This document shows, in pieces, positions 16,448 through 26,568 of a DNA stretch of 53,158 nucleotides. This DNA comes from a virus (taxonomy: Duplodnaviria; Caudoviricetes). The notes under the pieces were generated by a model. It saw only the letters and a program-made list of their open reading frames with translations. It was not told the DNA's origin and made no database searches. The translations under genes were made by a program, and so were the position numbers. The DNA lies in IMG/VR virus record IMGVR_UViG_3300020183_000104, positions 1 through 53,158 of that record; one strand, given 5' to 3'. Each line of letters opens with the position of its first letter. The stretch's first letter is position 1.

Positions 16448-18001
16448 ATGGAAGGGTTAGTGAACGACTTCGCCGATTTATTCTCGGGGAACCTGCGCTC
16501 TTACGGGCGGTGGGATCCGGTCTCCGGGAACATGTCGACGGTAAAAGGGGAGGTCTCGAACGACCAGTACCTGGAACACCTGGAGGGTGGAATCGGGTTA
16601 GGGATCGTTCCTGTCTCGGACGGTGGTACCTGCAAGTTCGGGGCGATCGATGTGGACAAGCACGAGTCGCCGGAGGATATTGATTTCAAGGCGTTGCAAG
16701 CCAAGATCAACGAGTACCGGCTTCCGCTGGTGATGTGCCGGACCAAACGCGGGGGTGCACACCTATACCTTTTTGGCGACGAATACCTCCCGGCCAAGCA
16801 GGTGCGACGGGTGCTCGGATCGTGGCGGGATGTACTGGGGATTAAGCACAAGACCGAGATCTTTCCGAAGCAGGACTCGCTCGTAACTTCGAGTGGCGAG
16901 AAGGCGCTTGGTAACTGGATTAACCTTTGCTACTTCGACGCTGAGCAGACGCTCAGGTACGGATTCGACGATGATTGCAACAAGCTCTCGTTTGATCTTT
17001 TCCTTCAATATGCGCAAAGCAAGCGCGTCACCGTCGAGCAACTCGCCGAGCTTACCCTTCGCGAGCACCTGGAGGCACCACCCTGCATCCAAAAGATGAT
17101 TCACTCCGGCGTCGAGTCCGGTGCTCGGAATGAGGCGCTGTACAACGTCACCGTGTACCTGAAGAGGGCGAGGCCCGATAACTTTTTCGACGACGCGGTA
17201 GCGCTTAACGGTACGATGTTCGATAAACCGCTCGGGAACGCGGAAGCGAAAAAGGTCATTCGTTCCGCCTCACGGCGCGACTACCTGTATCGGTGTGCCG
17301 AGGAGCCCTGCAAGTCGCTTTGCGATCGGAAGGTGTGTGTAACCCGCGAGTTCGGAATCTCGATGGATGAGAAAAAAGTACTCGACGCCCACGACGCGCT
17401 ACCCCAGTTCTCGGAGCTGATCGAATACCTGTCGGACCCGCCTCGGTGGGGTATACACGTCAACGGGCAGTTGATCTCGAACATCCCGACCGTGGTGCTG
17501 AGGGACCCGAGCCTGATGGGTACGCTCATCTTCGAGCGACTCAAGATCAACATCCCGAAGATCACCCTCGATAATTGGCGCTCCCGGGTGTTGGATCCGC
17601 TGGTACCGAATATCCGGACGATCGAGGTGCCGAAGGAGGCGTCGGCGTCAGGGATCGTGCAAGCGAAGTTCGCCGAGTTCGTGCAGAAGGCCGATCTGTC
17701 CAAGGACGGGAAGGACACCAGTGATCGTAAAGCGCTGCTGCGTAACATCCCGATCGTGCAGGTCATCGACGGGACGCGTTGCGTAGTGTTCCGGGGGACC
17801 GCCTTCTCTGAGTACTTGAAGCGGAATAAAGCCGAGGTTCAGACCGGCATGGATCTGTGGACCACGCTGCGGCGCGATTGCAACGCCTCACACGATAAAA
17901 TCCGCGTGCCGGGTGGTAAGACCCTGAACGTCTGGTACGCTCCCATCACCGAGGAATATGAGGTCAAGGTCGATGAGCCTGAATTTACAACCGAGTTCTA
18001 A
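16448..18001 (+). CDS. archaeo-eukaryotic-type primase-polymerase (PrimPol) with PriCT-like domain
   Basis: GAIDVD (DxD), RTKRGGAHLY (His motif), GNWINL, PPC and GARNEALY; Cys cluster. Confidence 0.8.
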   Translation: MEGLVNDFADLFSGNLRSYGRWDPVSGNMSTVKGEVSNDQYLEHLEGGIGLGIVPVSDGGTCKFGAIDVDKHESPEDIDFKALQAKINEYRLPLVMCRTKRGGAHLYLFGDEYLPAKQVRRVLGSWRDVLGIKHKTEIFPKQDSLVTSSGEKALGNWINLCYFDAEQTLRYGFDDDCNKLSFDLFLQYAQSKRVTVEQLAELTLREHLEAPPCIQKMIHSGVESGARNEALYNVTVYLKRARPDNFFDDAVALNGTMFDKPLGNAEAKKVIRSASRRDYLYRCAEEPCKSLCDRKVCVTREFGISMDEKKVLDAHDALPQFSELIEYLSDPPRWGIHVNGQLISNIPTVVLRDPSLMGTLIFERLKINIPKITLDNWRSRVLDPLVPNIRTIEVPKEASASGIVQAKFAEFVQKADLSKDGKDTSDRKALLRNIPIVQVIDGTRCVVFRGTAFSEYLKRNKAEVQTGMDLWTTLRRDCNASHDKIRVPGGKTLNVWYAPITEEYEVKVDEPEFTTEF

Positions 18002-19712
18002 AGAGACGAGTATCGATTATGACCCTAAAACCGGACGATTCATCGTCTCTTCCCAGCCTTGGCTTCTGGAAAAAGTGCGACAGATTCCTAATCGTCGCTG
18101 GGATTCTCGTCGAAGAGTGTGGACTGCTCCTGCGTTGCGAGCTAATGCTGAGTATATACTCGGTGCTTTTCAAAGTCGCTGTCTTACTGACCGAGCTTCT
18201 GCTGCAGCTCAAGCGGCTCTCGAGAAATCCCGTCCTGTTCAGGGCTCAATGTTTCCGGCTGGTTACACTTTCCGAACGACTCCTCGGCCGTATCAGAGAC
18301 AAGCTCTTGATCGAGCATTCGACAAGAATGTCTTTGCGTATTATATGGACATGGGTACAGGGAAAACGAAGGTCTCTTTGGACCTGTTAGGTGCGCTGTA
18401 CCTTGACCAAAAGGTAGACCGCCTCCTCGTCGTTACTAAGTTTTCGACCCGCAGGAATTGGGAGCGTGAGGTCGGGATTCACCTGCCCTTCGAGGCGGAC
18501 ATCATGGTGCTTGATACCACGAAGCCCAAAGTGTTCGAGAAGTGGAACACGGCGGGTGATCGGTTCAAAATCCTTATCGTCGGGACCGAATCGCTCGCCG
18601 CAGGATCTGCCGTGAACTACGCGGACGCATTTCTGATGGTTTCGACTCGGGCCGCGATGGTGGTGGATGAGGCACACATGATCAAGAACCATTCGGCGGT
18701 GAGGAGTAAGGCATGCGTCTCGCTCGGCCGCAAAGCCGAGTACCGGTTCATCATGACCGGCACCCCGGTGGCGAATGGTCCGATGGACGTCTTTATGCAG
18801 TTCGAGTTCCTGGACCCGAATATCATCGGGATAGGGGATTTCTATTCTTTCCGTAATCGCTACGCGGTGATGGGCGGCTACGAGGGGAAGGAGATCGTCG
18901 GGTATCAGAATCTGGATGAACTGATCGAACTGATTTCCCCGTTCATCTTCCAGGTGCGTAAGTCCGAGGTGCTCACCGAGTTACCCCCGAAAGTGTTCGC
19001 TGTGCGCGAAGTGCAGATGACTGATGAGCAAAAAAGATTATATCGACAGATTTCTAAAGAAGACAAAGCAGTATCTGGAGATCGAGGCGTCACCGTCAAG
19101 TCAGTGCTTGAGCGAATGCTCAGGCTACAGGAGATCTGTGGCGGGATCATTGCGTACGAGCGAAATCCTGACCTTTACAATCCGGACATGTACGAGCATT
19201 GTCGTATCCCGGGTAAGAATCCGAAGGTCGAAGAGCTAAAGGCGATAATGGAGGAAACCGACGGCTCGGTGATCATTTGGTGTCGATTTCTGGAGGAGAT
19301 CGCGATGGTGAGCGAGGCCTTACGCGAGACTTACGGTCGGCGATCCGTAGTAGAAATCCACGGCGGTATTGGGGAGCTGCAGCGGGATGATAATGTCCAG
19401 GCATTTCAGCGCGGCAAAGCGCGGTTTCTAGTCGGCAATGCAGCAACGGGTGGTGTGGGTCTGAATATGACTCGGGCTGAGACTGTGGTGTATTTTTCGA
19501 ATTCGTTCTCCTTTACCGATCGTGATCAGTCCGAGGATCGTGCGCATCGGATCGGGCAGACGAAGTCGGTTACTTATATTGATCTGGTGTGCGAGGGGTC
19601 GGTGGACGAGGTGGTGCTTGATGCACTGCGAAGTAAAAAGGACGTCTCCGAATACGTGCGCCGGAGCATTAATGATGCAAACGAAGATATCTTACGCCGA
19701 TTACTCTCCTAG
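17958..19712 (+). CDS. SNF2-family (SF2) helicase with N-terminal HARP-like domain
   Basis: DMGTGKT, VVDEAH, MTGTPVAN, GVGLNMT and QSEDRAHRIGQ motifs; exact start uncertain. Confidence 0.9.
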   Translation: MRSRSMSLNLQPSSKETSIDYDPKTGRFIVSSQPWLLEKVRQIPNRRWDSRRRVWTAPALRANAEYILGAFQSRCLTDRASAAAQAALEKSRPVQGSMFPAGYTFRTTPRPYQRQALDRAFDKNVFAYYMDMGTGKTKVSLDLLGALYLDQKVDRLLVVTKFSTRRNWEREVGIHLPFEADIMVLDTTKPKVFEKWNTAGDRFKILIVGTESLAAGSAVNYADAFLMVSTRAAMVVDEAHMIKNHSAVRSKACVSLGRKAEYRFIMTGTPVANGPMDVFMQFEFLDPNIIGIGDFYSFRNRYAVMGGYEGKEIVGYQNLDELIELISPFIFQVRKSEVLTELPPKVFAVREVQMTDEQKRLYRQISKEDKAVSGDRGVTVKSVLERMLRLQEICGGIIAYERNPDLYNPDMYEHCRIPGKNPKVEELKAIMEETDGSVIIWCRFLEEIAMVSEALRETYGRRSVVEIHGGIGELQRDDNVQAFQRGKARFLVGNAATGGVGLNMTRAETVVYFSNSFSFTDRDQSEDRAHRIGQTKSVTYIDLVCEGSVDEVVLDALRSKKDVSEYVRRSINDANEDILRRLLS

Positions 19713-19742
19713 TGGTATAATAGGAGTCTGCTACATAGAGGA
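19713..19742 (+). promoter_or_regulatory. extended -10 promoter and ATAGAGGA RBS
   Basis: TGGTATAAT at 19713-21, weak -35; ATAGAGGA before ATG 19751. Confidence 0.5.
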
Positions 19743-19750
19743 ATAGAGCG

Positions 19751-20098
19751 ATGTCATTCCGAGTATTCGTGACCCAAGAAGTCACTACCGCGAACTACAC
19801 CGACCTTGATCGGTGGGGGGAACCCACATTCTTAACCGCGTCTGAGGTCTCGAATGTACGAACTTCGGTCCATAACCGTAAACTGGTACACGTCATCCGA
19901 TCGAAGCTCGAGACCTTTGACCCGCAGCGTGACTATATCGCACCGTCTGGATCTCCAATTGTCACGGGGATTGTATTCGCTGTACTGGCAGCTCAGGGCG
20001 TCCGAAAGTTCCCAGTACTCAAGTGGAATAACCGAGACCGGATATACACTTTGGTCCTTGTAGAAATTGATTCGACGGAGGTGGAAGATGTCATCTGA
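19751..20098 (+). CDS. hypothetical protein
   Basis: 115 aa ORF with RBS in the replication operon. Confidence 0.7.
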   Translation: MSFRVFVTQEVTTANYTDLDRWGEPTFLTASEVSNVRTSVHNRKLVHVIRSKLETFDPQRDYIAPSGSPIVTGIVFAVLAAQGVRKFPVLKWNNRDRIYTLVLVEIDSTEVEDVI

Positions 20099-20531
20099 AG
20101 ACGCACTCAACGAGGAATTCCGGATCTACGACGGATTAAAGCTCACCGAGCTGATAATTCGCATGCACGAGATTCAGGGCAAGAAGGACCGGCTCGAAGC
20201 TCAGGCGAAAGAACTGAACAAGCATTTTGACTTCTTGCGAATCACCAAGATCCCCGGGCAGATGGAAGAGGAGGGGATCGACCGAATCAACGTCACCGGG
20301 GTGGGACGGGTGTCGCTCACCGCAGATATGCACGTGTCGGTCAAGGCGGACAAGAAGGCTGATTTCTACCAGTGGCTGCGCGATAACGGTCGGTCGGACT
20401 TGATCGCCGAGACTGTGAATCCGTCGACGTTAAAGGCTACGGTAAAGAATATGGTCAAGAGCGGTGAGGCGTATCCGGATGAACTCCTGAACGTTTCTCC
20501 TTTCACGCGTGCCTCGATTACGAAGGCATAA
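20088..20531 (+). CDS. hypothetical replication-module protein
   Basis: Likely start ATG 20088 after GGAGG; WLRDNGRSDLI..TVNPSTLKA motif common in phage genes next to SSBs. Confidence 0.7.
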   Translation: MSSEDALNEEFRIYDGLKLTELIIRMHEIQGKKDRLEAQAKELNKHFDFLRITKIPGQMEEEGIDRINVTGVGRVSLTADMHVSVKADKKADFYQWLRDNGRSDLIAETVNPSTLKATVKNMVKSGEAYPDELLNVSPFTRASITKA

Positions 20532-20600
20532 GGACGAATTCGGCGCAAGCCGGGTACTGGCGGGAGGTCCCGTCTGTTAATTGTAATGGAGTAATCACAA

Positions 20601-21347
20601 ATGGCGAAAGCTAAAGGGTTAGTTGCTACCGCGAAGAGCGATTTCAATATTGTCACTACGGATGCTCCCGAGTGGCTCCCGACCGGCACGACGCGGGGAA
20701 CGGAGAACATCACGACGGACGACATGATCATTCCTCGAATCGAGCTGATTCAGGCGTTATCCCCTGCGCGGAACAAGAAGGACTCCTCCTACATCGAGGG
20801 GGCCGAAGAGGGGATGCTGTTCAATAACGTGACCCGCGAGCTTTACGGCGAGTCGGTCACCGTGATCCCGGTGTTCTACACCAAGCAGTACCTGATCTGG
20901 AAGGACCGCAAGCTCGGTGGCGGCAGCAATGGCTTTCGGGGCGCATTCAACACCCGCGAGGATGCACTGGCCGAGATCTCCAAGCTCGGTGAAGATGGGC
21001 TCGAAGCGACAGATACCGCGCAGCACTTCGTGCTCGTACATCATCTGGGGCAGGTCACCGAAGCTGTGCTTTCGATGAGCAAGTCGAAGATGAAGGTCAG
21101 CAAGCGTTGGAATTCGTTGGTGCGCATGACAAATATGGATTCGTTCGCTCGCGCTTACACGTTGTCTTCGGTTGAAGAGACCAACGCGCGGAACGAGTCT
21201 TATTATAATTTCAACATCGCACCGTTTGGATTCGTGAACAAATCGCTTTACGATCGGGCTCTCCAGCTCTTCACCACGATCAAGTCCGGTGGCGTCAAGG
21301 TCAGCAATGATTACGATGCTGCCGATGCTGGTGAATCTGAGTACTGA
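20601..21347 (+). CDS. putative ssDNA-binding / annealing protein
   Basis: GTENITTDDMIIPRIELIQALSP motif, aromatic-rich core, acidic C-tail ending ESEY. Confidence 0.6.
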   Translation: MAKAKGLVATAKSDFNIVTTDAPEWLPTGTTRGTENITTDDMIIPRIELIQALSPARNKKDSSYIEGAEEGMLFNNVTRELYGESVTVIPVFYTKQYLIWKDRKLGGGSNGFRGAFNTREDALAEISKLGEDGLEATDTAQHFVLVHHLGQVTEAVLSMSKSKMKVSKRWNSLVRMTNMDSFARAYTLSSVEETNARNESYYNFNIAPFGFVNKSLYDRALQLFTTIKSGGVKVSNDYDAADAGESEY

Positions 21348-22768
21348 TGCACGTCCGGGCCATTTACGGTCCTCCTGGCACCGGTAAGACCACGGAGTTA
21401 CTGCGGTTAGTGCAGTACACACGCGAGACCGGTGTCCAGGCCGAGCAGATAGCGTTTCTATCGTTCACCCGTGCGGCGGCGAGTGAAGCGTTATCCAGGC
21501 TCGGTCTGAAGCGGTCCGATAACGTATCGACGATTCACGCGATGGCGTTTCGCTCTCTGAGGTTGAAGCAAGCTCAGGTGGTGGACCATATCAAGCTGCG
21601 TGAGTTCTCTAAAGTCACCGGCATTCCGATCGTCGGCAAGTCCCCCGAGGACGATGAAGAGCGCACCGACGGGGATGCTTACTTGGATCTTCTTAACTAT
21701 GCACGGAACACTTTTAGCCACCCTTCCGAAGTCTACGAGACTTCGGATCGTCCGGGCACTCGTGCGGAATACGAGATGTTCGTCTCTGCGTACGCGAACT
21801 GGAAGAAGACCTACGGTTATTACGACTTCACCGATATGCTCGAACGAGCCAGTTCGGGAGCTGTTCGACAAGGGATTGAGGTCCTTTTTGTCGACGAGGC
21901 GCAAGACCTTTCACCTCTGCAGTGGCGTGTTATTGAGCGGCTCACAAAACGCGCTCATCAAGTTTTTGTCGCGGGGGATGATGACCAAGCAATATATGCT
22001 TGGTCGGGCGCTGATCCACACGGTATGGCAAAATTCTGTTCGAAGCACAAGGGTGATAGCGTTGTGCTCTCGCTCTCGCATCGACTTCCTGTTGCAGTGC
22101 ACCAAAAGTCCCAGTCCCTCATTCGCCGAGTCCTTTTCCGCGTGGATAAGAAGTTCGATTCTTGTGGACGCTCAGGCACAGTACGGAACCATGGGTCAAT
22201 GGCGTCGGTTGATGTTGAACACGGCGAGGATACGCTGGTTTTGGCACGGACGCATTCAATCCTGCGCGAGGCTGAAAACGCGCTCATCGATCGCCGCATC
22301 CCCTATGTTCGCGAATCGGGCCGTCCGGGAATGTTCCAGAATCGGTATGCCGTTGGCCTTCGATCCTACAACAAGATTCGTGACGGAAAACGTTTATCAG
22401 ACTCTGATCGATCGGCTCTCTTTACAGTGGGATCAAGGGAGACAAAGGCAGCGCTTGAAAGAAACGATTACATGGCAGTCGTGGCATTCCCCTTCTACAT
22501 TGCGATCGAAATGCCACACCGCGTTATCGATTACTACCAGGAGGTCGACGTCGATGTGGAGCCGACTATACGACTCTCCACTATTCACGCAGCTAAGGGC
22601 CATGAGGCGAATCGCGTCATCGTACTTACGAATATGACGAACCGCGTGGCGGATAATGCACACACTAAGCCTGATGATGAGATCCGGGTGTGGTACGTGG
22701 CGTTGACACGCAGCAAAGACGTATTGGATATTGTGGAGGGCTACAATGGCTATAACCTAGATAATTGA
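21347..22768 (+). CDS. UvrD/Rep-family SF1 helicase
   Basis: GPPGTGKT, FTRAAA, TIHA, VDEAQD, GDDDQAIY, STIHAAKGHE and YVALTRSK motifs. Confidence 0.92.
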   Translation: MHVRAIYGPPGTGKTTELLRLVQYTRETGVQAEQIAFLSFTRAAASEALSRLGLKRSDNVSTIHAMAFRSLRLKQAQVVDHIKLREFSKVTGIPIVGKSPEDDEERTDGDAYLDLLNYARNTFSHPSEVYETSDRPGTRAEYEMFVSAYANWKKTYGYYDFTDMLERASSGAVRQGIEVLFVDEAQDLSPLQWRVIERLTKRAHQVFVAGDDDQAIYAWSGADPHGMAKFCSKHKGDSVVLSLSHRLPVAVHQKSQSLIRRVLFRVDKKFDSCGRSGTVRNHGSMASVDVEHGEDTLVLARTHSILREAENALIDRRIPYVRESGRPGMFQNRYAVGLRSYNKIRDGKRLSDSDRSALFTVGSRETKAALERNDYMAVVAFPFYIAIEMPHRVIDYYQEVDVDVEPTIRLSTIHAAKGHEANRVIVLTNMTNRVADNAHTKPDDEIRVWYVALTRSKDVLDIVEGYNGYNLDN

Positions 22769-22793
22769 CAGATAACCCCACGAGTGATATAAT
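22765..22793 (+). promoter_or_regulatory. consensus sigma70 promoter driving the SSB-dpoZ-purZ operon
   Basis: TTGACA-17-TATAAT with TG extension; CACGAGTG in spacer; ATAGAGGA RBS at 22809. Confidence 0.85.
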
Positions 22794-22820
22794 AGACCCT
22801 TCACCACTATAGAGGACTTA

Positions 22821-23096
22821 ATGAAACAGTACGACAACACCAATTCCGGTCTGTTGATGCGGAATGAAAATCGGACCACAGACTCGCATCCCGAATTTAC
22901 TGGATCGCTTAACGTTGAAGGTCGCGACTTCTGGGTCTCGGCCTGGGTCAACATTGGCAAGCCCGGATCTAAGATCGAGGGGAAGCGCTACTTCTCGATT
23001 AAGGTCACGCCGAAGGACGCTCCGAACCGCGCGAACACGGGTCGCAAGAACGCGGCGACGAATTACGACGATATAGACGACGATATCCCATTTTGA
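22821..23096 (+). CDS. small ssDNA-binding-like protein
   Basis: 91 aa; HPEFTGSLNVEG..WVSAW and SSB-type C-terminus DDIDDDIPF. Confidence 0.7.
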   Translation: MKQYDNTNSGLLMRNENRTTDSHPEFTGSLNVEGRDFWVSAWVNIGKPGSKIEGKRYFSIKVTPKDAPNRANTGRKNAATNYDDIDDDIPF

Positions 23097-24934
23097 TGAA
23101 CATCCCACGCATTGACGGTCAAATCCCCTACTTGGTGGTGGACACTGAAACCACCGGCCTCAATTGGTTGGAGGATGAGGTATTTGGCGTCTCGATCGCA
23201 CTTCCTGACGGCACCGCCGGGTACTGGGATGTACGGGCGACGCCAAAGATCCTGGATTGGCTAAGCGATCTTATCGCCGAGGATCGGGTTGGGGTGTGGG
23301 TTGGGCATAATTTCAAGTTCGACCTGCACTTCCTGCGTGAAGCTCGGGTGAGCATTCCGACCGACCGGATCGATTGCACGATGATTCGGGCGGCGCTGAT
23401 CAATGAGCATGAACCGACCTACGGGCTGGATTTCTTGGCGCGGAAGTACGTTGGGGCGCAGAAGGACACGGAGATTTACGATGAACTGGCGAAGATATTT
23501 GGTGGCCGTGCTACACGCAACGCGCAGATGCCGAACATTTCACGCGCTCCTCAAGAGATCGTGGCGCGGTATGCAATCCTGGACGCGGTAGTCACGCGGA
23601 AGCTTTACCTGTGGCAGCGCGACGAGATCGAGAAGCAGAACCTGCATCGAGTCCATAGTCTCGAGCGTGAACTAATGCCCGTCATTATCGATATGGAGAC
23701 CGAGGGTGTGCGGGTCGACGTCGATATGGCCGAGAGAGCCTCCCGACACCTCACGAAGCGCATCGACGATATGCAGCGGGACTTGAATACGGAGGCCGGG
23801 TTCGAGATCAACCCGAACCCCTCCGGATCGATCGCGCAGCTATTCAAGCCGACCCTAGGGGAGGACAATGAGTGGTACCTGATCGACGGGACCCGGGCAG
23901 GGAAGACCGATGGCGGGAAGGCATCGATCGACGCTGATTGCTTGCGTCGTATGAAGCATCCGGCGGCGAAGATGATCCTTGATCTCCGCAAAATGCTCAA
24001 GACCCGCGACACTTTCATTCAGGGCCATATCCTTGGTCACCAGCAGGACGGGGTGATACACTGTAACTACAACCAGACCAAGAACGATGCGGAGGCCGGG
24101 ACCGGCACCGGGCGGCTTTCGATCACAAATCCGGCGCTGCAGCAGATTCCGTCGCGGGACGTAGCGATCAAATCGCTCGTGCGCCCGATCTTCAAGGCGG
24201 ACCACGGCGCGAAATGGTTGGGGCTCGATTGGTCGCAGTTCGAATTCCGGGTAGCGAATCACTACGGGCAGGTGCCGTCGATCCTGGAGGCCTACCGGGT
24301 AAATCCGAATCTGGACTTTCACCAGTTGGTGTCCGATATGACCGGCATCCCCCGGAACGCGCAGTACGCCGGGGGTCCATCCTCGAAGGCGATAAATCTC
24401 GGGCTCGCTTTCAATATGGGTTCCGGGCGGCTGGCCCAAGAATGCGGACTTCCCTACACCGAGGAGACGGGGCCGAATGGGAACGCGTACCTTAAGGCGG
24501 GACCCGAGGCAATGGAGCTTTTCGAGCGGTACCATGCCGCGAACCCCGGGATGCGGAACATGGCAAACAAGGCGAGTTCGATCGCCAAAGAGCGCGGGTT
24601 CGTGCATTCGATCTTGGGGCGGCATATTCGATTCCCGGGTGGGCAATTCGTGCACAAGGCGTCGGGGCTGATTTACCAAGCGACGTCGGCCGACTGCATG
24701 AAAATGAAGCTCATTGAGCTTCACCGCTATTTGACCGGCCACGGGGTGGGGCGGCTGCTGCTGTCCGTGCATGATGAGGTCGGAATCTCGCTTGATAAGG
24801 ATTCGCTGAATCACGCCGCGAAGATCGCGCAGATTTACACTACATTTGATGGTATCGATTGCCCGATCAAGCTCCGGGTACCGATTACCTGTGATTGGGG
24901 CTTGGGTGAAGACTGGTACGAGGCAAAAGGATGA
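23093..24934 (+). CDS. dpoZ: family A DNA polymerase, DpoZ-type
   Basis: Exo DTETTG; motifs DWSQFEFR, KAINLGLAFNMG, ASGLIYQATSAD and LSVHDE deviate from PolI in the way described for DpoZ; directly upstream of purZ. Confidence 0.85.
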   Translation: MMNIPRIDGQIPYLVVDTETTGLNWLEDEVFGVSIALPDGTAGYWDVRATPKILDWLSDLIAEDRVGVWVGHNFKFDLHFLREARVSIPTDRIDCTMIRAALINEHEPTYGLDFLARKYVGAQKDTEIYDELAKIFGGRATRNAQMPNISRAPQEIVARYAILDAVVTRKLYLWQRDEIEKQNLHRVHSLERELMPVIIDMETEGVRVDVDMAERASRHLTKRIDDMQRDLNTEAGFEINPNPSGSIAQLFKPTLGEDNEWYLIDGTRAGKTDGGKASIDADCLRRMKHPAAKMILDLRKMLKTRDTFIQGHILGHQQDGVIHCNYNQTKNDAEAGTGTGRLSITNPALQQIPSRDVAIKSLVRPIFKADHGAKWLGLDWSQFEFRVANHYGQVPSILEAYRVNPNLDFHQLVSDMTGIPRNAQYAGGPSSKAINLGLAFNMGSGRLAQECGLPYTEETGPNGNAYLKAGPEAMELFERYHAANPGMRNMANKASSIAKERGFVHSILGRHIRFPGGQFVHKASGLIYQATSADCMKMKLIELHRYLTGHGVGRLLLSVHDEVGISLDKDSLNHAAKIAQIYTTFDGIDCPIKLRVPITCDWGLGEDWYEAKG

Positions 24935-26034
24935 AGAAAATCGATTTGGTTATTGACCTTCAATTCGGCAGCACGGGTAAGGGGTTGATCGTCGGTACTC
25001 TTTCTACCTACGAGGGGTACGACACGGTGATTACCGCATGGGCACCAAACGCGGGGCATACGTTCATTGATGCCCGGGGGCGAAAGTTCGTACATACGCA
25101 TCTGGCCAACGGCATCGTGGCCCCCTACCTTCGTAGGGTACTGTTGGGTCCAGGCTCGGTCATCAATCCGGCGCAGCTCCTGGCCGAGATCGAGCAGTGC
25201 AAGGATATAATTGAAGAGAAGCGAATCAAGATCATGATTCACCCGCATGCAGCGGTGGTGACTGATGAACACTTGGAGGAGGAGGCGCAAAGCATGACGG
25301 CGATCGGCTCGACCAAGAAGGGCGTGGGCGCGGCGATGATCTCTCGAATCCGTCGGCAGCCAAACAAACCGGCCGTCGCGAAGGACTTCTTTGAACTCAT
25401 GGATCTGGTGTGCACCACCGAGCAGTACACGCGAGCGGTACACGATTCGACTCATATTCTAATCGAGGGTGCACAGGGCGTTGGGCTCTCTATGTACCAC
25501 GGTTTTTACCCCTACACGACCTCGCGGGACGTCAGCACCTTTCAAATCCTGGCCGATTGTGGAATTCCGGCGACGATCTTCAATCAGGCTTCCTGTCGTG
25601 TGGTCGGCACCGCGCGGACCTACCCGATCCGGGTAGCAAATCGATTCGATTCGGACGGGCGGCAGGTGGGCTTCAGTGGGCCGGGACACCTGGACCAGAC
25701 CGAGATCTCGTTCGAGCAGATCGGTCAGCCGACCGAACTCACCACGGTGACCAAGCTTCCCAGGCGCATTTTTACATTCAGTCGGCAGCAGATCCTTGGG
25801 GCGATCGACCTTTCTGGCGCGAGCGAGGTGTTTTTGAATTTCGTGAATTACGTGCAGGACGAGCAGTACCTGCTATCGATCGTGAACGCGATCGAGGAGG
25901 CCGGGGCTAGAATTAAATGGTTGGGTCTAGGTCCAGATATCCTCTCGGTGGTGCTGCTGTCCGAGGGTGAGAACTACACGGCGCGGCGCAAAGAGATCGT
26001 GTCCAAGTGGCAGCGTTACCAATTTCGTAATTAA
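24931..26034 (+). CDS. purZ: N6-succino-2-amino-2'-deoxyadenylate synthase PurZ
   Basis: PurA fold with QFGSTGKG (Ser in place of the catalytic Asp of PurA GDEGKG), PNAGHT, EGAQG, YPYTTSR, TTVTKLPRR and FLNFVNY (in place of TKLD). Confidence 0.95.
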   Translation: MKKIDLVIDLQFGSTGKGLIVGTLSTYEGYDTVITAWAPNAGHTFIDARGRKFVHTHLANGIVAPYLRRVLLGPGSVINPAQLLAEIEQCKDIIEEKRIKIMIHPHAAVVTDEHLEEEAQSMTAIGSTKKGVGAAMISRIRRQPNKPAVAKDFFELMDLVCTTEQYTRAVHDSTHILIEGAQGVGLSMYHGFYPYTTSRDVSTFQILADCGIPATIFNQASCRVVGTARTYPIRVANRFDSDGRQVGFSGPGHLDQTEISFEQIGQPTELTTVTKLPRRIFTFSRQQILGAIDLSGASEVFLNFVNYVQDEQYLLSIVNAIEEAGARIKWLGLGPDILSVVLLSEGENYTARRKEIVSKWQRYQFRN

Positions 26035-26049
26035 GTAGGAGCTTAAAAG

Positions 26050-26568
26050 ATGGCGAGTGAATTCATAATGAACTCGTTGCTTCACACCAACGAGAAAAAC
26101 CCCCTTCCTTGGTCTATCCACCCGGATACCGACTTGGTGGTGGTGGATGCGAACGGTGCGGCGGTCGCGAACTTTGAGGTAAGGCACCAACACAAGGGTG
26201 TACTCGCGAATTGCGAGAAGAATGCAGACTTGGCTGTGCGATCCGTTAACGCATTTGCCAAGCGCGGAGGGGCAGATATCCGGCGGCTGCAGCAGGTGGT
26301 CACCACTTGGGCGGACGAAGTGTTCCCGCATAGAAAGACACCCGACATTTTGCTTAAGCTCTACGAGGAGGTGGGTGAGTACGCCCGTGATCCGAAGGCG
26401 GCGGCAGAGTTCGCGGATATAATGATTTTGTTGCTCGATCTAGCGGCGATCAATGGCATCGATATTCAAAGGGCGGTTACCGAAAAAATGGCGTTGAACG
26501 TTGGACGTAAGTGGATCGTGGACTCTCAAACCCGTATTATGAGGCATACATATGATGAAAACCCGTAA
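26050..26568 (+). CDS. mazZ: MazG-like dNTP pyrophosphohydrolase (MazZ/DUF550-type) with N-terminal extension
   Basis: WADEVFP..KLYEEVGE..EFADIMILLLD..KMALN.GRKW; immediately after purZ. Confidence 0.8.
   Translation: MASEFIMNSLLHTNEKNPLPWSIHPDTDLVVVDANGAAVANFEVRHQHKGVLANCEKNADLAVRSVNAFAKRGGADIRRLQQVVTTWADEVFPHRKTPDILLKLYEEVGEYARDPKAAAEFADIMILLLDLAAINGIDIQRAVTEKMALNVGRKWIVDSQTRIMRHTYDENP

Noticed and set aside
21600-22637. 345-aa alternative-frame ORF inside the UvrD gene
   Set aside because: Ser/Arg-rich off-frame composition, fully nested in a motif-complete helicase
24931-26034. Ordinary adenylosuccinate synthetase PurA as an auxiliary metabolic gene
   Set aside because: The catalytic Asp is replaced by Ser, TKLD is absent, and the neighbours are datZ, mazZ and dpoZ
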